A DNA stretch of 64,000 nt from positions 1 to 64,000 of IMG/VR virus record IMGVR_UViG_3300002092_001784. One strand, written 5' to 3'. Positions within the stretch are counted from its first letter, which is position 1. Every line of letters starts with the position of its first letter. The notes beneath the pieces were generated by a model. The model saw only the letters and a program-made list of their open reading frames with translations. It was not told the origin of the DNA and searched no databases. Origin of the DNA: a virus (Duplodnaviria > Caudoviricetes). This document shows positions 29,342-38,935 of this stretch, piece by piece. Both the position numbers and the translations under genes were made by a program.

Positions 29342-30628
29342 ATGAAAATAGTAGAGACCCAAATAGAATTAGACCTTCTCAAATCCACATTAGAGGAGGA
29401 TATATCCATTATCTTCCCGATGTGGATAGATGATGAATTGCATCCAAATAACACCGTATTATCGTTCCTATTCGTAAGAGTGGGGGGTTCTGATTACATT
29501 GTAAGCTCACAACATTGTGATACTCTATCACTTACGAAATCGGACATCGAAGATATGATGAATACCGCTGGTGACAAGTTTGTATTTCAAAAAAAGAAGT
29601 TGATTCAATCGTTGGATATTCACACCAATCTATACGATATTGAAACGGCAATCTTCCTAAAGACCGGACAGACATTAGACTATACCGAACCATTTAAGGG
29701 TTTGGTGACACCATTGTATAGAATGGGGTATCGTGATAATTTAATCCAATCTATACCAATATTAAAGTTGGGCGAAGTAATACAGCAATTTATTTCTAAA
29801 CATTCGGATTTTCATATTACCGATTATAACTATAAATGGTACAACGATATATTCATACCAACCTTATCGAAGATAGAGAAATATGGGATTCGGGTCGATA
29901 GAAAAAAATTTACAGATAGATTTAGCCAATCAGCCAAACAGCTTTCCACCGATAACCTCATTTTTACCGAATACAATCCATACACCGTAACCGGCCGCCC
30001 ATCAAATCGACATGGTGGTGTGAATTTTTCGGCTCTTAACAAATCGGATGGTACGCGTGATGTGTTCGTTTCGGATGGGATATTCTTACAAATGGATTAT
30101 GATGCCTATCACCCACGTCTTATCGGTGAACTTATCGGATACACACTTCCCAAAACTTCGGTTCATCGTTGGTTGGCTGAACAATATGGGTGTAGTTACG
30201 AAGAAGGAAAGGCCGTAACATTTCAATTACTTTATGGTGGTATAGATGATGAATTTCGTCAAATACCGTATTTTAATGGAGTGGCTGATTATATAATTGA
30301 ATTGTGGAAGGCCGTATCTGCGGTGGGGTATCTTCAAACTCGTTATCGGAGAATACCGCTGAGTTGGATTGCAGACCCTAATCCACAAAAGGTATTTAAT
30401 TACCTTTTACAGGCGTTGGAAACTGAAATCAATATGGATATAGTTGGAGAGGTATTGGAATACATTAAAGATACCGATATAAAGTTATCGTTATATGTTT
30501 ATGATTCATTTCTGTTTGATTACCCAATAGATGCCGATACTGAACTTGCTAAGGGGTTGAAAGCAATAATAGAGAGTAAAGGGTTTCCGATAAAGGCCAG
30601 TTGGGGTACAGATTATGGAAAAGTTTAA
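29342..30628 (+). CDS. Minimal, divergent family A DNA polymerase
   Basis: TVTGRPS, motif A QMDYDAYHPR, motif B KAVTFQLLYGG, NYLLQALET, motif C YVYDS. Start moved to ATG 29342 because the listed start overlaps the promoter. Confidence 0.8.
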   Translation: MKIVETQIELDLLKSTLEEDISIIFPMWIDDELHPNNTVLSFLFVRVGGSDYIVSSQHCDTLSLTKSDIEDMMNTAGDKFVFQKKKLIQSLDIHTNLYDIETAIFLKTGQTLDYTEPFKGLVTPLYRMGYRDNLIQSIPILKLGEVIQQFISKHSDFHITDYNYKWYNDIFIPTLSKIEKYGIRVDRKKFTDRFSQSAKQLSTDNLIFTEYNPYTVTGRPSNRHGGVNFSALNKSDGTRDVFVSDGIFLQMDYDAYHPRLIGELIGYTLPKTSVHRWLAEQYGCSYEEGKAVTFQLLYGGIDDEFRQIPYFNGVADYIIELWKAVSAVGYLQTRYRRIPLSWIADPNPQKVFNYLLQALETEINMDIVGEVLEYIKDTDIKLSLYVYDSFLFDYPIDADTELAKGLKAIIESKGFPIKASWGTDYGKV

Positions 30629-30672
30629 GGGTTTATATTTATATACAATGAAAACTTAAAATCATAATTGCT

Positions 30673-30753
30673 ATGATAAAACAGGAGATATTTTACGGTA
30701 AACCACCGAAAGCAAAACCAAAGGGTCAACCAAAACCAAAAGTAAGAACATAA
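30673..30753 (+). CDS. Possible 26-aa basic, Pro/Lys-rich peptide
   Basis: MIKQEIFYGKPPKAKPKGQPKPKVRT lies between the late motif at 30635 and the next gene. Confidence 0.35.
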   Translation: MIKQEIFYGKPPKAKPKGQPKPKVRT

Positions 30754-30755
30754 CT

Positions 30756-31235
30756 ATGAAACTACACGAATTTAAGAAGATACTTCGAGAAGAAGTTCGC
30801 AATGTATTGAGAGAAGATACTCAATTATTTAATGATCCAGATCAACTTCAAATGTCATCTGCCGCAACTGAAGCGTTTAATACTATTGATAAAGTTGTAA
30901 ATGTAGTTATGAAAAAATCTCTTACACTCAATAATGATGATTCGGAAGTAAACCGTTATTGGACATTTGATTTGAAATTATCTGGTAATGCACATATTTC
31001 TATGTGGGTAACCATATTTAATGACGGTCGAATTAAATTTCCAATATTAAGATTTACAGAGTTTTCAAACCGCAAATCTGATAAAAAAATTACCAAAAAT
31101 GATATAAAATGGTTGGTGAATTTATTGGAGATTGATAATGATAAATATAATGGACCTTATGGTAAAAAATTATCATCATTCAAAAATCAAACAGATGCCA
31201 TTGAATGGCTTAAAACCGTAGATTTAATAAAATGA
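30756..31235 (+). CDS. Putative internal head protein (LREE/LRED leader)
   Basis: MKLHEFKKILREEVRNVLRED. Confidence 0.6.
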   Translation: MKLHEFKKILREEVRNVLREDTQLFNDPDQLQMSSAATEAFNTIDKVVNVVMKKSLTLNNDDSEVNRYWTFDLKLSGNAHISMWVTIFNDGRIKFPILRFTEFSNRKSDKKITKNDIKWLVNLLEIDNDKYNGPYGKKLSSFKNQTDAIEWLKTVDLIK

Positions 31236-31615
31236 AACTGAAAGAGATTAAACAGATAATTCGAGAAGAATTGAGAGCCGTATTAAGAGAAGATGCGGAT
31301 GAATACATTGGCCATACGAAGATTAAAGATGGTATATTATATGTAGATTCAAATCTGGTCAATAAAACCAATACTCTTAATTTGGGATTGGATCATTTGG
31401 GTATGGGTGATTTTGGGACAAAGAAACCATTGGAACTGCCGGGGTTTGGTGGAGTAACATTACAGTTTTTGCGTAAATCTGAAACGATACCGGGTTTTGT
31501 AGGTAGGGCTCATAAAGTGATTATTGAAAACGAAGATGGCGAACGTATCAATACTGATATGAAAGCCGTAGCCCAGTTGGTTAAAATATTCAAACAAAAA
31601 GGATTAGTAAAATAA
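31232..31615 (+). CDS. Putative internal head protein (IREE/LRED leader)
   Basis: MKLKEIKQIIREELRAVLRED. Confidence 0.6.
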   Translation: MKLKEIKQIIREELRAVLREDADEYIGHTKIKDGILYVDSNLVNKTNTLNLGLDHLGMGDFGTKKPLELPGFGGVTLQFLRKSETIPGFVGRAHKVIIENEDGERINTDMKAVAQLVKIFKQKGLVK

Positions 31616-31635
31616 CCAGTAATATAACTAAAAAA

Positions 31636-32370
31636 ATGAAGAAAATCAGTCTAAAAGAACTTATTCGTGAAGAATATAGGAAAGTCATAAAAGAGAATGC
31701 TCTTTTGACCGAAATGGATTTTGCAACGCAAAAATCATTTGATGCTTATAATAAAGCACATAAACTTCGTCCATCAACGAAAGTAACCATTGCAGGTAAA
31801 CCAACAACTGCAGGTCAAGCAGCAGGTAAATCAGCACCTACGAATGCACCGATTAAAGGGGCAGATATGTTTAAGCAGGATACTCCGACTAAATCTTCGG
31901 GTGCGTTAACTTCTAAACAATTGCGTAACAAATATACTGATGCGGATTGGGATGCGGCAAAGAAAAATGCAAAATACGGTGGTACTAACTGGGATACATC
32001 TGAAATAGATAAAATTGATACTAGCTCATGGAATATTGAAGATGGTGTCACATATGATCAGTCTGATGAAATCCAATCAATACTTAATAAAGCCATTGGA
32101 AATGATAATGGGTTTGCACAAGTAAATGATGAGGGGGCAGTCGAATATATGGTTGGTAATGGTAGTGATGGTGATCCAGAATACACTTTATATATGGGAC
32201 CTGACGATAACGGTAAAGGTTGGACTGTAAGTATGGGTGCTAATGGAGATGACCCATCTGAACTTGATGGTAAATATTGGAAAACATTTAGAAATCCAAA
32301 AGATGGTATAAAATATATGGCTACGATAGCTAAAAAGCATAAGAAAGATTTGGAATTGGATAATGCTTAA
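31636..32370 (+). CDS. Putative internal head protein (leader + HKL.P.TKVT module + acidic domain)
   Basis: MKKISLKELIREEYRKVIKENALLTE. Confidence 0.6.
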   Translation: MKKISLKELIREEYRKVIKENALLTEMDFATQKSFDAYNKAHKLRPSTKVTIAGKPTTAGQAAGKSAPTNAPIKGADMFKQDTPTKSSGALTSKQLRNKYTDADWDAAKKNAKYGGTNWDTSEIDKIDTSSWNIEDGVTYDQSDEIQSILNKAIGNDNGFAQVNDEGAVEYMVGNGSDGDPEYTLYMGPDDNGKGWTVSMGANGDDPSELDGKYWKTFRNPKDGIKYMATIAKKHKKDLELDNA

Positions 32371-32393
32371 TCATAAAAATTAAATAATAATAA

Positions 32394-34160
32394 ATGTTTC
32401 CAAACTTTGAAGAAATACTAACAGAATTAAGTTATAGAATACCGGAAGGTGTGGTTGATTTAAGAAATCCATCACATATTACCGAACTTGCGAATATATT
32501 GCGTGAGTTCGGTATTTCTGATGCTTACGAACTTGCTGAATCGGCCGGTTTGGTTTTTGAGCAGTTGGTCGAAGATGTGATGGTGCAGAACAAAAACTCA
32601 GGCAAAGTATATAGTGTTAAAAATTTTAACCCAGATAATCACGTTAAGGTAGATACAAATACTGCACACACATCTGATAAATCTAAAACTCCGGCAGCAA
32701 ACCCGCCTAAAGGAGATGCCAATGTAGATTCTACCCATAACTCAGGTGATACCATAATTAATGGGAAAGACAAGAGTTTGGAATCTAAAGACCCATTAAG
32801 TACATCGGTATATACTTCCGAGTTATCACCAGATGATACTGATTTTGATGCAAAAAATAAAAAGTTTGCAAATCCGATACCACCACCACCATTTAAGTTT
32901 CCCAAATCTATTAGTAGTAATCCAAAATATCCAAAAAAATATATAAAACTTTTGGAAAGAATGATGAACACACAACAGATTGGAGATGCTAAAAAAATAT
33001 CGCATTATTGCGATATGAAGGCAGGGCAGGGGGCTATATCGGCTCAGGCCGGTGAGTTAATGACTATGATGGCAGTAACGATGGATGATAAAGAATTTGC
33101 AGAATTTAAAAAATCAATTTCAACACACATAGACTCGTTAACAAAACCAAAAAGAGTAGTAAGTGATACATCTCGAATTATTACTAAAAAATGGTTAACT
33201 GCCGCAGAAGGTAATCGAAAGGGTATATTGAAACGGATAGCTAAGCAATATCCGGGGTATCATATCGTTGCATCGGCTTGGGATACTAAATCTGATGTTG
33301 AGGCTTTGGGTATGAAAGATTATTCGAATAAAGGGGGTACTACCGATGTATATTTGAGATTGGAAAACGATAAAGGTGAAGCAAAATTAGATGAATTATC
33401 ACTGAAGCAAAGTTTGATCGCAAATTTACTTAATTCAGGAGTAGGAAAATTTGATGAATGGATGGGTAAAAACGGAGTTCCAGACAGTATCAATCAGCAT
33501 GTATATGCCCAGAACCAAAGAAGTGTTTTATCAAAATTCTGTAAAGATAATATAGAAAATATTAAAAAATTGGTAAATTCTGATGATGAATTACGGAGAG
33601 TAATGGAGGCGAAGCATCTTGATTTTGAAACGGCGTTGAATGATACCTTAAACGGTAAAGGAAATAGACATAAGTCTAAAGTACTTATTGAAGCAGTAGC
33701 TGCATTACAACGAAATGGTGATAAATCGGCTACTAAGTTAATATCCGATATGGATGCTGCTCATTCCAAATTCGTTTCAAATTGTATTACTGCCATCACC
33801 ACCGATGAGAAGTTAAAGGAGGGTATGCTGAATGAAATAAAATCAGAATTTCCATTAAAATCGGTGGCAGATAGTGAAGAAAGTGTTGTGTTTGGTGAAT
33901 ATGTTCTTGATAAGAGTACTATGAAACAAATATTTGGAACAAGTGATTTTAACCAATTTAAGCAAGGGTTGGTATCCGAACCGGGACCACCACCGTATAT
34001 TGCATACAAAGTTAAGACTGGTGGCAGAATTATACCTATTGCAAACATAGCAGTTAGAGAGGATGGTCGAAATTATGGGGGGATTTTCAAATTTGAAATG
34101 ACACTTAATAAAGAATTGGCTAATGAGATTATAAAAGCAAACAAAGAAGTTTACGGATAA
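32394..34160 (+). CDS. Large hypothetical protein; shared N-terminal module plus possible PD-(D/E)xK nuclease fold
   Basis: N-terminal NPSHITELANILREFG; internal AGELM...TDVYL...ELSLK. Confidence 0.5.
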   Translation: MFPNFEEILTELSYRIPEGVVDLRNPSHITELANILREFGISDAYELAESAGLVFEQLVEDVMVQNKNSGKVYSVKNFNPDNHVKVDTNTAHTSDKSKTPAANPPKGDANVDSTHNSGDTIINGKDKSLESKDPLSTSVYTSELSPDDTDFDAKNKKFANPIPPPPFKFPKSISSNPKYPKKYIKLLERMMNTQQIGDAKKISHYCDMKAGQGAISAQAGELMTMMAVTMDDKEFAEFKKSISTHIDSLTKPKRVVSDTSRIITKKWLTAAEGNRKGILKRIAKQYPGYHIVASAWDTKSDVEALGMKDYSNKGGTTDVYLRLENDKGEAKLDELSLKQSLIANLLNSGVGKFDEWMGKNGVPDSINQHVYAQNQRSVLSKFCKDNIENIKKLVNSDDELRRVMEAKHLDFETALNDTLNGKGNRHKSKVLIEAVAALQRNGDKSATKLISDMDAAHSKFVSNCITAITTDEKLKEGMLNEIKSEFPLKSVADSEESVVFGEYVLDKSTMKQIFGTSDFNQFKQGLVSEPGPPPYIAYKVKTGGRIIPIANIAVREDGRNYGGIFKFEMTLNKELANEIIKANKEVYG

Positions 34161-34252
34161 CTTAAAAATAGTTCGTAAAATACTGAAAAAGATAAAAATT
34201 TATATTTATAGCAATAAAACAATCACGCTATAAATATAAATTTTTTCATTAT

Positions 34253-36211
34253 ATGAAAGTATCTAAACTGATAAATGATATTGTTGCAGAATGGGCATAC
34301 CGAGTACACGATGGTAAGCCAAATCCAAAGAATAAATCACATATTACCGAGTTATCCGCAATCCTGTCCGAAATGGGGTTGAGTGGTATCAAACACGAAT
34401 TAATCCAAAATCTTACAGAAGCGGATGAAAAGCAATTTTCAAATCCGGTTCTTAATAAAAAAATACGGTATAAAAACGAAAAAGGTGAAGACCGTGTTGG
34501 TATTGTTGGAAATCTATTAAGACTACCAAAAACTGCAAAGGGAAGAATTGCCGCAGAAAAGGTAATTCCTAAAGATGATACACCGGAACGTAGGGCAATT
34601 AATAAGGATTTAGGTAAAGAGAAAAAAGGTAGAAACCAATCCATAACAGTACCAAAGAAAGGTGAAGACCAAGAATCACCGGAAGGTGGTCAGCAACCAC
34701 AACAACCATCACCATCCGTAATGTATACAGCAGACCCTGCAATGCAAGCTAGGATGGATACCGAAAAGAAAACATTAGCAAAGATTACCGCCAAAAAGAA
34801 AGAAGCAGAAAAGGCAGCAACTGAAAAGCCGGAAAAGGAAGATATGGATTTCAATCCGATAAACCCGCAGGATATTCACAAGGAAATGCCACATGCTGAT
34901 CCTGATACATTTAGTGGAGATTCTGATATTCCGGAACGAGTTCCACAAGATGAAGCAAGAAAAATCTCAATGAGAATTGATGATTTGGCAAAAGCAACTG
35001 CCGATGCTAAAGCAAAAGGAGAGAAAGCACCGAACTTCAATTTATGTAAGATTACCGTTCCCGGTACTAACTTATATTGTGATGGGAATTTGGGTATACC
35101 AAGAGAAGATATGCCACAATTCAAAGGTAAACCACAACCGGGTTCACCTGCATCAAAAATGCCAACCGATGAAAACGGTGAAGTAGATACTGAAGGGTTA
35201 TTCAAAAAAATGTTGAAAGATAAAGGAATTAAAGTACTTGATACTGAAATCCCATCCGATCAACTAAAAGCAACTCAATCAGAGTTAGTAGGTTCTAAAG
35301 TAGCTGGTATGGCTAAGGCATTGGATAAAGACCCAAACAATCCGGGTATTACAGCACCTATTTATGTAAGTAGAGATGGATATGTTGTAGATGGTCATCA
35401 CAGATGGGCAGCAGTAACATCAAACGCAATTACTCAAGGAAAACCGGCAATAATGAAGGTTCATGTTATTGATGCCGATGCTAAAGATATTATACCGATG
35501 GCAAACAAATTTGCCGAAAACATAGGTGTTGCCGCTAAAAAGGCAGATGCAAACCAAGAAGGACCAAAAGGTGAAGAAGAAACCAACCATGTGAAACGCG
35601 TACATAAAAAAATTGTAAAAGGTATAGAACATTTTTCAAATGAAAACAAAGAATGGTTCTTAAAAAAACAATATGCTCAAAAATCCAAAGAAAGAAGAAC
35701 AATGTCCGAAGCAGTAATGCATAAGGTTAGAGGTTCTTGGGATTCGATTAAACACCACCTAAAAGAAGAAGGTGAAGTATTTAAGCACGCAAGTGTAGGT
35801 GCAGCTAAATTCTTCAGTGGTAAAAAATTGGAAAACCACGAAAAGAAAGCATTAAAATCCGTTGCTGTTAAGGTTGTTATGGGTGCGGCAACTGCGGCAC
35901 TTACTGGTGGGATAGGACACGGTATATCTGCATTTGCACACCATGTTGTTATAAATATGATACCAGATACGATACAGGAATCAATCGCAAAAGGAATTGG
36001 TAAAGCAGCCCTATTTGCTGGAGAAGAAGATGAATCAAAATATATGTTGAAGTTCATAGAAATGATAATAGAAAAATTAAGTACTATGAAAATCACACCG
36101 GATATGATGCTAAAGTATGTAGATTCATTCAATGAAAAGCAAGGAATAAAGGAAGCAAAAGAAATACAGTTAACATCTATGTTAGCTAAGTCATCATTAA
36201 AATACAGATAA
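34253..36211 (+). CDS. Protein with ParB/Srx-like domain and shared N-terminal module
   Basis: LKATQSEL...PIYVSRDGYVVDGHHRWAA. Confidence 0.7.
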   Translation: MKVSKLINDIVAEWAYRVHDGKPNPKNKSHITELSAILSEMGLSGIKHELIQNLTEADEKQFSNPVLNKKIRYKNEKGEDRVGIVGNLLRLPKTAKGRIAAEKVIPKDDTPERRAINKDLGKEKKGRNQSITVPKKGEDQESPEGGQQPQQPSPSVMYTADPAMQARMDTEKKTLAKITAKKKEAEKAATEKPEKEDMDFNPINPQDIHKEMPHADPDTFSGDSDIPERVPQDEARKISMRIDDLAKATADAKAKGEKAPNFNLCKITVPGTNLYCDGNLGIPREDMPQFKGKPQPGSPASKMPTDENGEVDTEGLFKKMLKDKGIKVLDTEIPSDQLKATQSELVGSKVAGMAKALDKDPNNPGITAPIYVSRDGYVVDGHHRWAAVTSNAITQGKPAIMKVHVIDADAKDIIPMANKFAENIGVAAKKADANQEGPKGEEETNHVKRVHKKIVKGIEHFSNENKEWFLKKQYAQKSKERRTMSEAVMHKVRGSWDSIKHHLKEEGEVFKHASVGAAKFFSGKKLENHEKKALKSVAVKVVMGAATAALTGGIGHGISAFAHHVVINMIPDTIQESIAKGIGKAALFAGEEDESKYMLKFIEMIIEKLSTMKITPDMMLKYVDSFNEKQGIKEAKEIQLTSMLAKSSLKYR

Positions 36212-36639
36212 TGCAAAATACATGCCTACTATGTACATTTTCTAATGCTGATGGATTGGATAGTACACTTCAACAGATTAGAGATACATATCATATAGTT
36301 TATTCGTACATATATGTTTTACAAAACAAAGTAAATGTGGACGACCTGTTTATTACATATAATATAGATACTACCTATCAGGTAGATACTCCATTGTATA
36401 ATACTATTTTGATTCACCGCAAAAAGGAATCTAATACCATTTATACTATAAATGCACTTAATCAATTAGTGAGAGAGGAAAATAGTGGAATTATGGACTC
36501 TTCATTCGTATTGGATTGGCAGAAGTATAAAAATTCTATAATTCTGACAACAGCAGGTGGTTTGAAGAAAATTCAAACTAAAGTATACGATATTATATCG
36601 TTTTCACAGTCTGATATTGATAATTATTATAATCGTTAA
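36211..36639 (+). CDS. Hypothetical protein
   Basis: Coupled ORF (TAATG) with a HRKKESNTIYTINALN motif. Confidence 0.6.
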   Translation: MQNTCLLCTFSNADGLDSTLQQIRDTYHIVYSYIYVLQNKVNVDDLFITYNIDTTYQVDTPLYNTILIHRKKESNTIYTINALNQLVREENSGIMDSSFVLDWQKYKNSIILTTAGGLKKIQTKVYDIISFSQSDIDNYYNR

Positions 36640-36642
36640 ATT

Positions 36643-37245
36643 ATGGACTTAACTAAACTTACGGGTGAAATCCCCGATGAAGTTCTATCTCAATTACAAG
36701 ATAGTAATTTTGAAGAATTTAGTATCAACACACCATTAAGAGTTGCTCATTTTTTGGCACAATGTGACCATGAAAGTGGTGGATTTACGTTGGTGCGTGA
36801 AAATCTAAATTATTCCGTCAAAGGGTTAATGAGTGTATTTGGTAAATATTTTCCAACCATTGAAATTGCCGGTCAATACGCAAGACAGCCGGAAAAGATA
36901 GCAAACCGTGTTTATGCGGACAGAATGGGTAATGGTGATGAAGCAAGTGGCGATGGGTGGAAGTACAGAGGACGTGGATATATTCAGTTGACTGGACATG
37001 ATAATTATGAAGCGTTTGGTGAGGAAATTGGTGTAGATTTATCAGAGAATACAGATTTGGTAGCAACTGATTATCCATTACTATCTGCGGCATGGTTCTT
37101 TAAGAAAAACAGTATTTTGGTAATATGTGATAGAGGTAGTGGATTGGATGTAGTAACTTCGGTAACAAAACGTGTAAACGGAGGTACAAACGGATTAGAC
37201 CAAAGATGGGTTAATTTCCAAAAATATTACAATTTATTAACCTAA
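36643..37245 (+). CDS. Glycoside hydrolase family 19 (endolysin-like)
   Basis: HFLAQC.HES, ENLNYS, YRGRGYIQLTG..NY and NGG.NGL motifs. Confidence 0.9.
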   Translation: MDLTKLTGEIPDEVLSQLQDSNFEEFSINTPLRVAHFLAQCDHESGGFTLVRENLNYSVKGLMSVFGKYFPTIEIAGQYARQPEKIANRVYADRMGNGDEASGDGWKYRGRGYIQLTGHDNYEAFGEEIGVDLSENTDLVATDYPLLSAAWFFKKNSILVICDRGSGLDVVTSVTKRVNGGTNGLDQRWVNFQKYYNLLT

Positions 37246-37249
37246 CTTA

Positions 37250-37281
37250 TTTGGTAATTCCAATTATTTTCTTTATATTTG
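37250..37281 (+). promoter_or_regulatory. Bacteroidota-type promoter
   Basis: TTTG-N20-TATATTTG. Confidence 0.8.
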
Positions 37282-37288
37282 TAAACCG

Positions 37289-37486
37289 ATGATAAAACTA
37301 AAATCACTTCTCATAAAGGAAGACCTAATATTCAAAAATAAGGATGAGTTTGACGAATATAATAAAATTCATAAATTACCACCAAATACCAAAGTAACGG
37401 TGTGTGGTAAGAATATGACAGCAGTGGAAGCAGAAACAACACCATTGCCATGTAGTTACATAATACCGCATTGGCAAAATTATTGA
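37289..37486 (+). CDS. Small protein: leader + stand-alone HKL.P.TKVT module
   Basis: MIKLKSLLIKE; shares a module with 31636..32370. Confidence 0.6.
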   Translation: MIKLKSLLIKEDLIFKNKDEFDEYNKIHKLPPNTKVTVCGKNMTAVEAETTPLPCSYIIPHWQNY

Positions 37487-37516
37487 TATTCGATATTTAT
37501 ATAAAAATACAAAGAA

Positions 37517-37831
37517 ATGATAAAATTAAAACGACTACTTAAAGAAGCAAAGAAGCCGGAAATGGATACTTATTTTGATTCATTCACTTCAGCCGCACAA
37601 GCCGCAAGAAATATGGCAGAAAAGAAAGGATATGAAATCGATGAAGAAAGCTGGCAAGATGAAGTGGCAATGGGTGGTAAGAATTTACGTTCAAGACCAA
37701 GTGTTGGAAAATATACCAAATTCAGTGTTAGTTTAATTAAAAATGGAAAACCACAAAAGAACAGAGCATTGTTCTTTACAGTGTATGGTATGCCAAGTGG
37801 TAAGTATGAATTAACCGCATATATATCTTAA
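37517..37831 (+). CDS. Small protein with LKE leader
   Basis: MIKLKRLLKEA; late motif at 37493. Confidence 0.65.
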   Translation: MIKLKRLLKEAKKPEMDTYFDSFTSAAQAARNMAEKKGYEIDEESWQDEVAMGGKNLRSRPSVGKYTKFSVSLIKNGKPQKNRALFFTVYGMPSGKYELTAYIS

Positions 37832-37853
37832 AATTAAAACTCTTAAAAAGAAA

Positions 37854-37880
37854 GGAAGAACTAAAAATTCTTCCTTTTTT
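37854..37880 (+). terminator. Intrinsic terminator
   Basis: GGAAGAA-CTAAAAA-TTCTTCC-TTTTTT. Confidence 0.9.
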
Positions 37881-37881
37881 A

Positions 37882-38003
37882 TTTGGTAAAACCAAAAATT
37901 ATTCGTATCTTTGTAACGTATACAAATACAAAAAATCGGAAATAATAAACAAAAAAAAATATCAAAAAAAGTTTGTTTTTATCGAAAATTTGTTGTATAT
38001 TTG
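37882..38003 (+). promoter_or_regulatory. Two tandem Bacteroidota-type promoters
   Basis: TTTG-N20-TATCTTTG (37882-37913) and TTTG-N20-TATATTTG (37972-38003). Confidence 0.8.
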
Positions 38004-38095
38004 TAGAACTGTTATATTTATATATGTAACGGCGTGTAGGACAGACACGTAAATAAAACCATAAACTCATAAAACAATTTAAAACTTAAAAGAAG

Positions 38096-38926
38096 ATGGC
38101 TATTAACTTAGATGCAATCAGAGGTAGACTGAACAAACTACAAACGACCACAAGGACATCGGTGGAAACTTGGAAACCCGCACCGGGAAAATATCAAATC
38201 CGATTAGTTCCGTATAAGTTCAACAAAGAAAATCCATTCATTGAACTTTACTTTCACTACAACATCAACAACAAAACGTATCTGTCACCAATTTCATTTG
38301 GTAGACCAGACCCTATTGTTGAGTTCGCTGAAAAACTGAAAAGAATGGGTGACAAAGAAGATTGGAAGGCCGCAAAGAAAATGGAGCCGAAACTTCGGAC
38401 ATTCGTACCTGTATTGGTAAGGGGTGAAGAAGGTGAAGGAGTTCGTTTTTGGGGATTTGGAAAAACCGTATACCAAGACCTGCTTGGGTACATTGCTGAT
38501 CCCGATTATGGTGATATTACTGATCCAGAAACAGGTAGGGATATTATCGTTGAAATTGTATCAGCTGAAGATTCTGGTACTTCGTATCAGCAAACCAACA
38601 TTAGGGTTAAACCTAAAGAAACACCATTATCGGAAAAAGCAGAAGATGCCAAACGGTTTCTTGATTCACAAAAAGAGATTACTGAAATGTATTCTGAATT
38701 AACATATTCAGAATTAAAAGGTATTCTTGAAGGTTGGTTAAATCCATCGTCTGAATCTGATGATACTGATGTGCCATCACCATCGGCTGAAGTGTTATCT
38801 TCAAAACCGGCTGAAACCGCTAAAGCAACTCACGTTGCAAATGAAACCGCAAATTCAACACCTACATCTAATAACAAAAAATTAGATGATGTTGGTTCTG
38901 CGTTTGATGAACTGTTTAACAAATAA
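38096..38926 (+). CDS. Single-stranded DNA-binding protein (T4 gp32-like)
   Basis: WKP...IRLVP, FWGFGKTVY, DYGDITDP..GRD motifs and an acidic tail ending AFDELF. Confidence 0.85.
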   Translation: MAINLDAIRGRLNKLQTTTRTSVETWKPAPGKYQIRLVPYKFNKENPFIELYFHYNINNKTYLSPISFGRPDPIVEFAEKLKRMGDKEDWKAAKKMEPKLRTFVPVLVRGEEGEGVRFWGFGKTVYQDLLGYIADPDYGDITDPETGRDIIVEIVSAEDSGTSYQQTNIRVKPKETPLSEKAEDAKRFLDSQKEITEMYSELTYSELKGILEGWLNPSSESDDTDVPSPSAEVLSSKPAETAKATHVANETANSTPTSNNKKLDDVGSAFDELFNK

Positions 38927-38935
38927 AAACCTTAA

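Noticed and set aside
34253-36211. ParABS partition system
   Set aside because: No ParA, no HTH/dimerisation region typical of partition ParB, and no parS-like repeats were seen.
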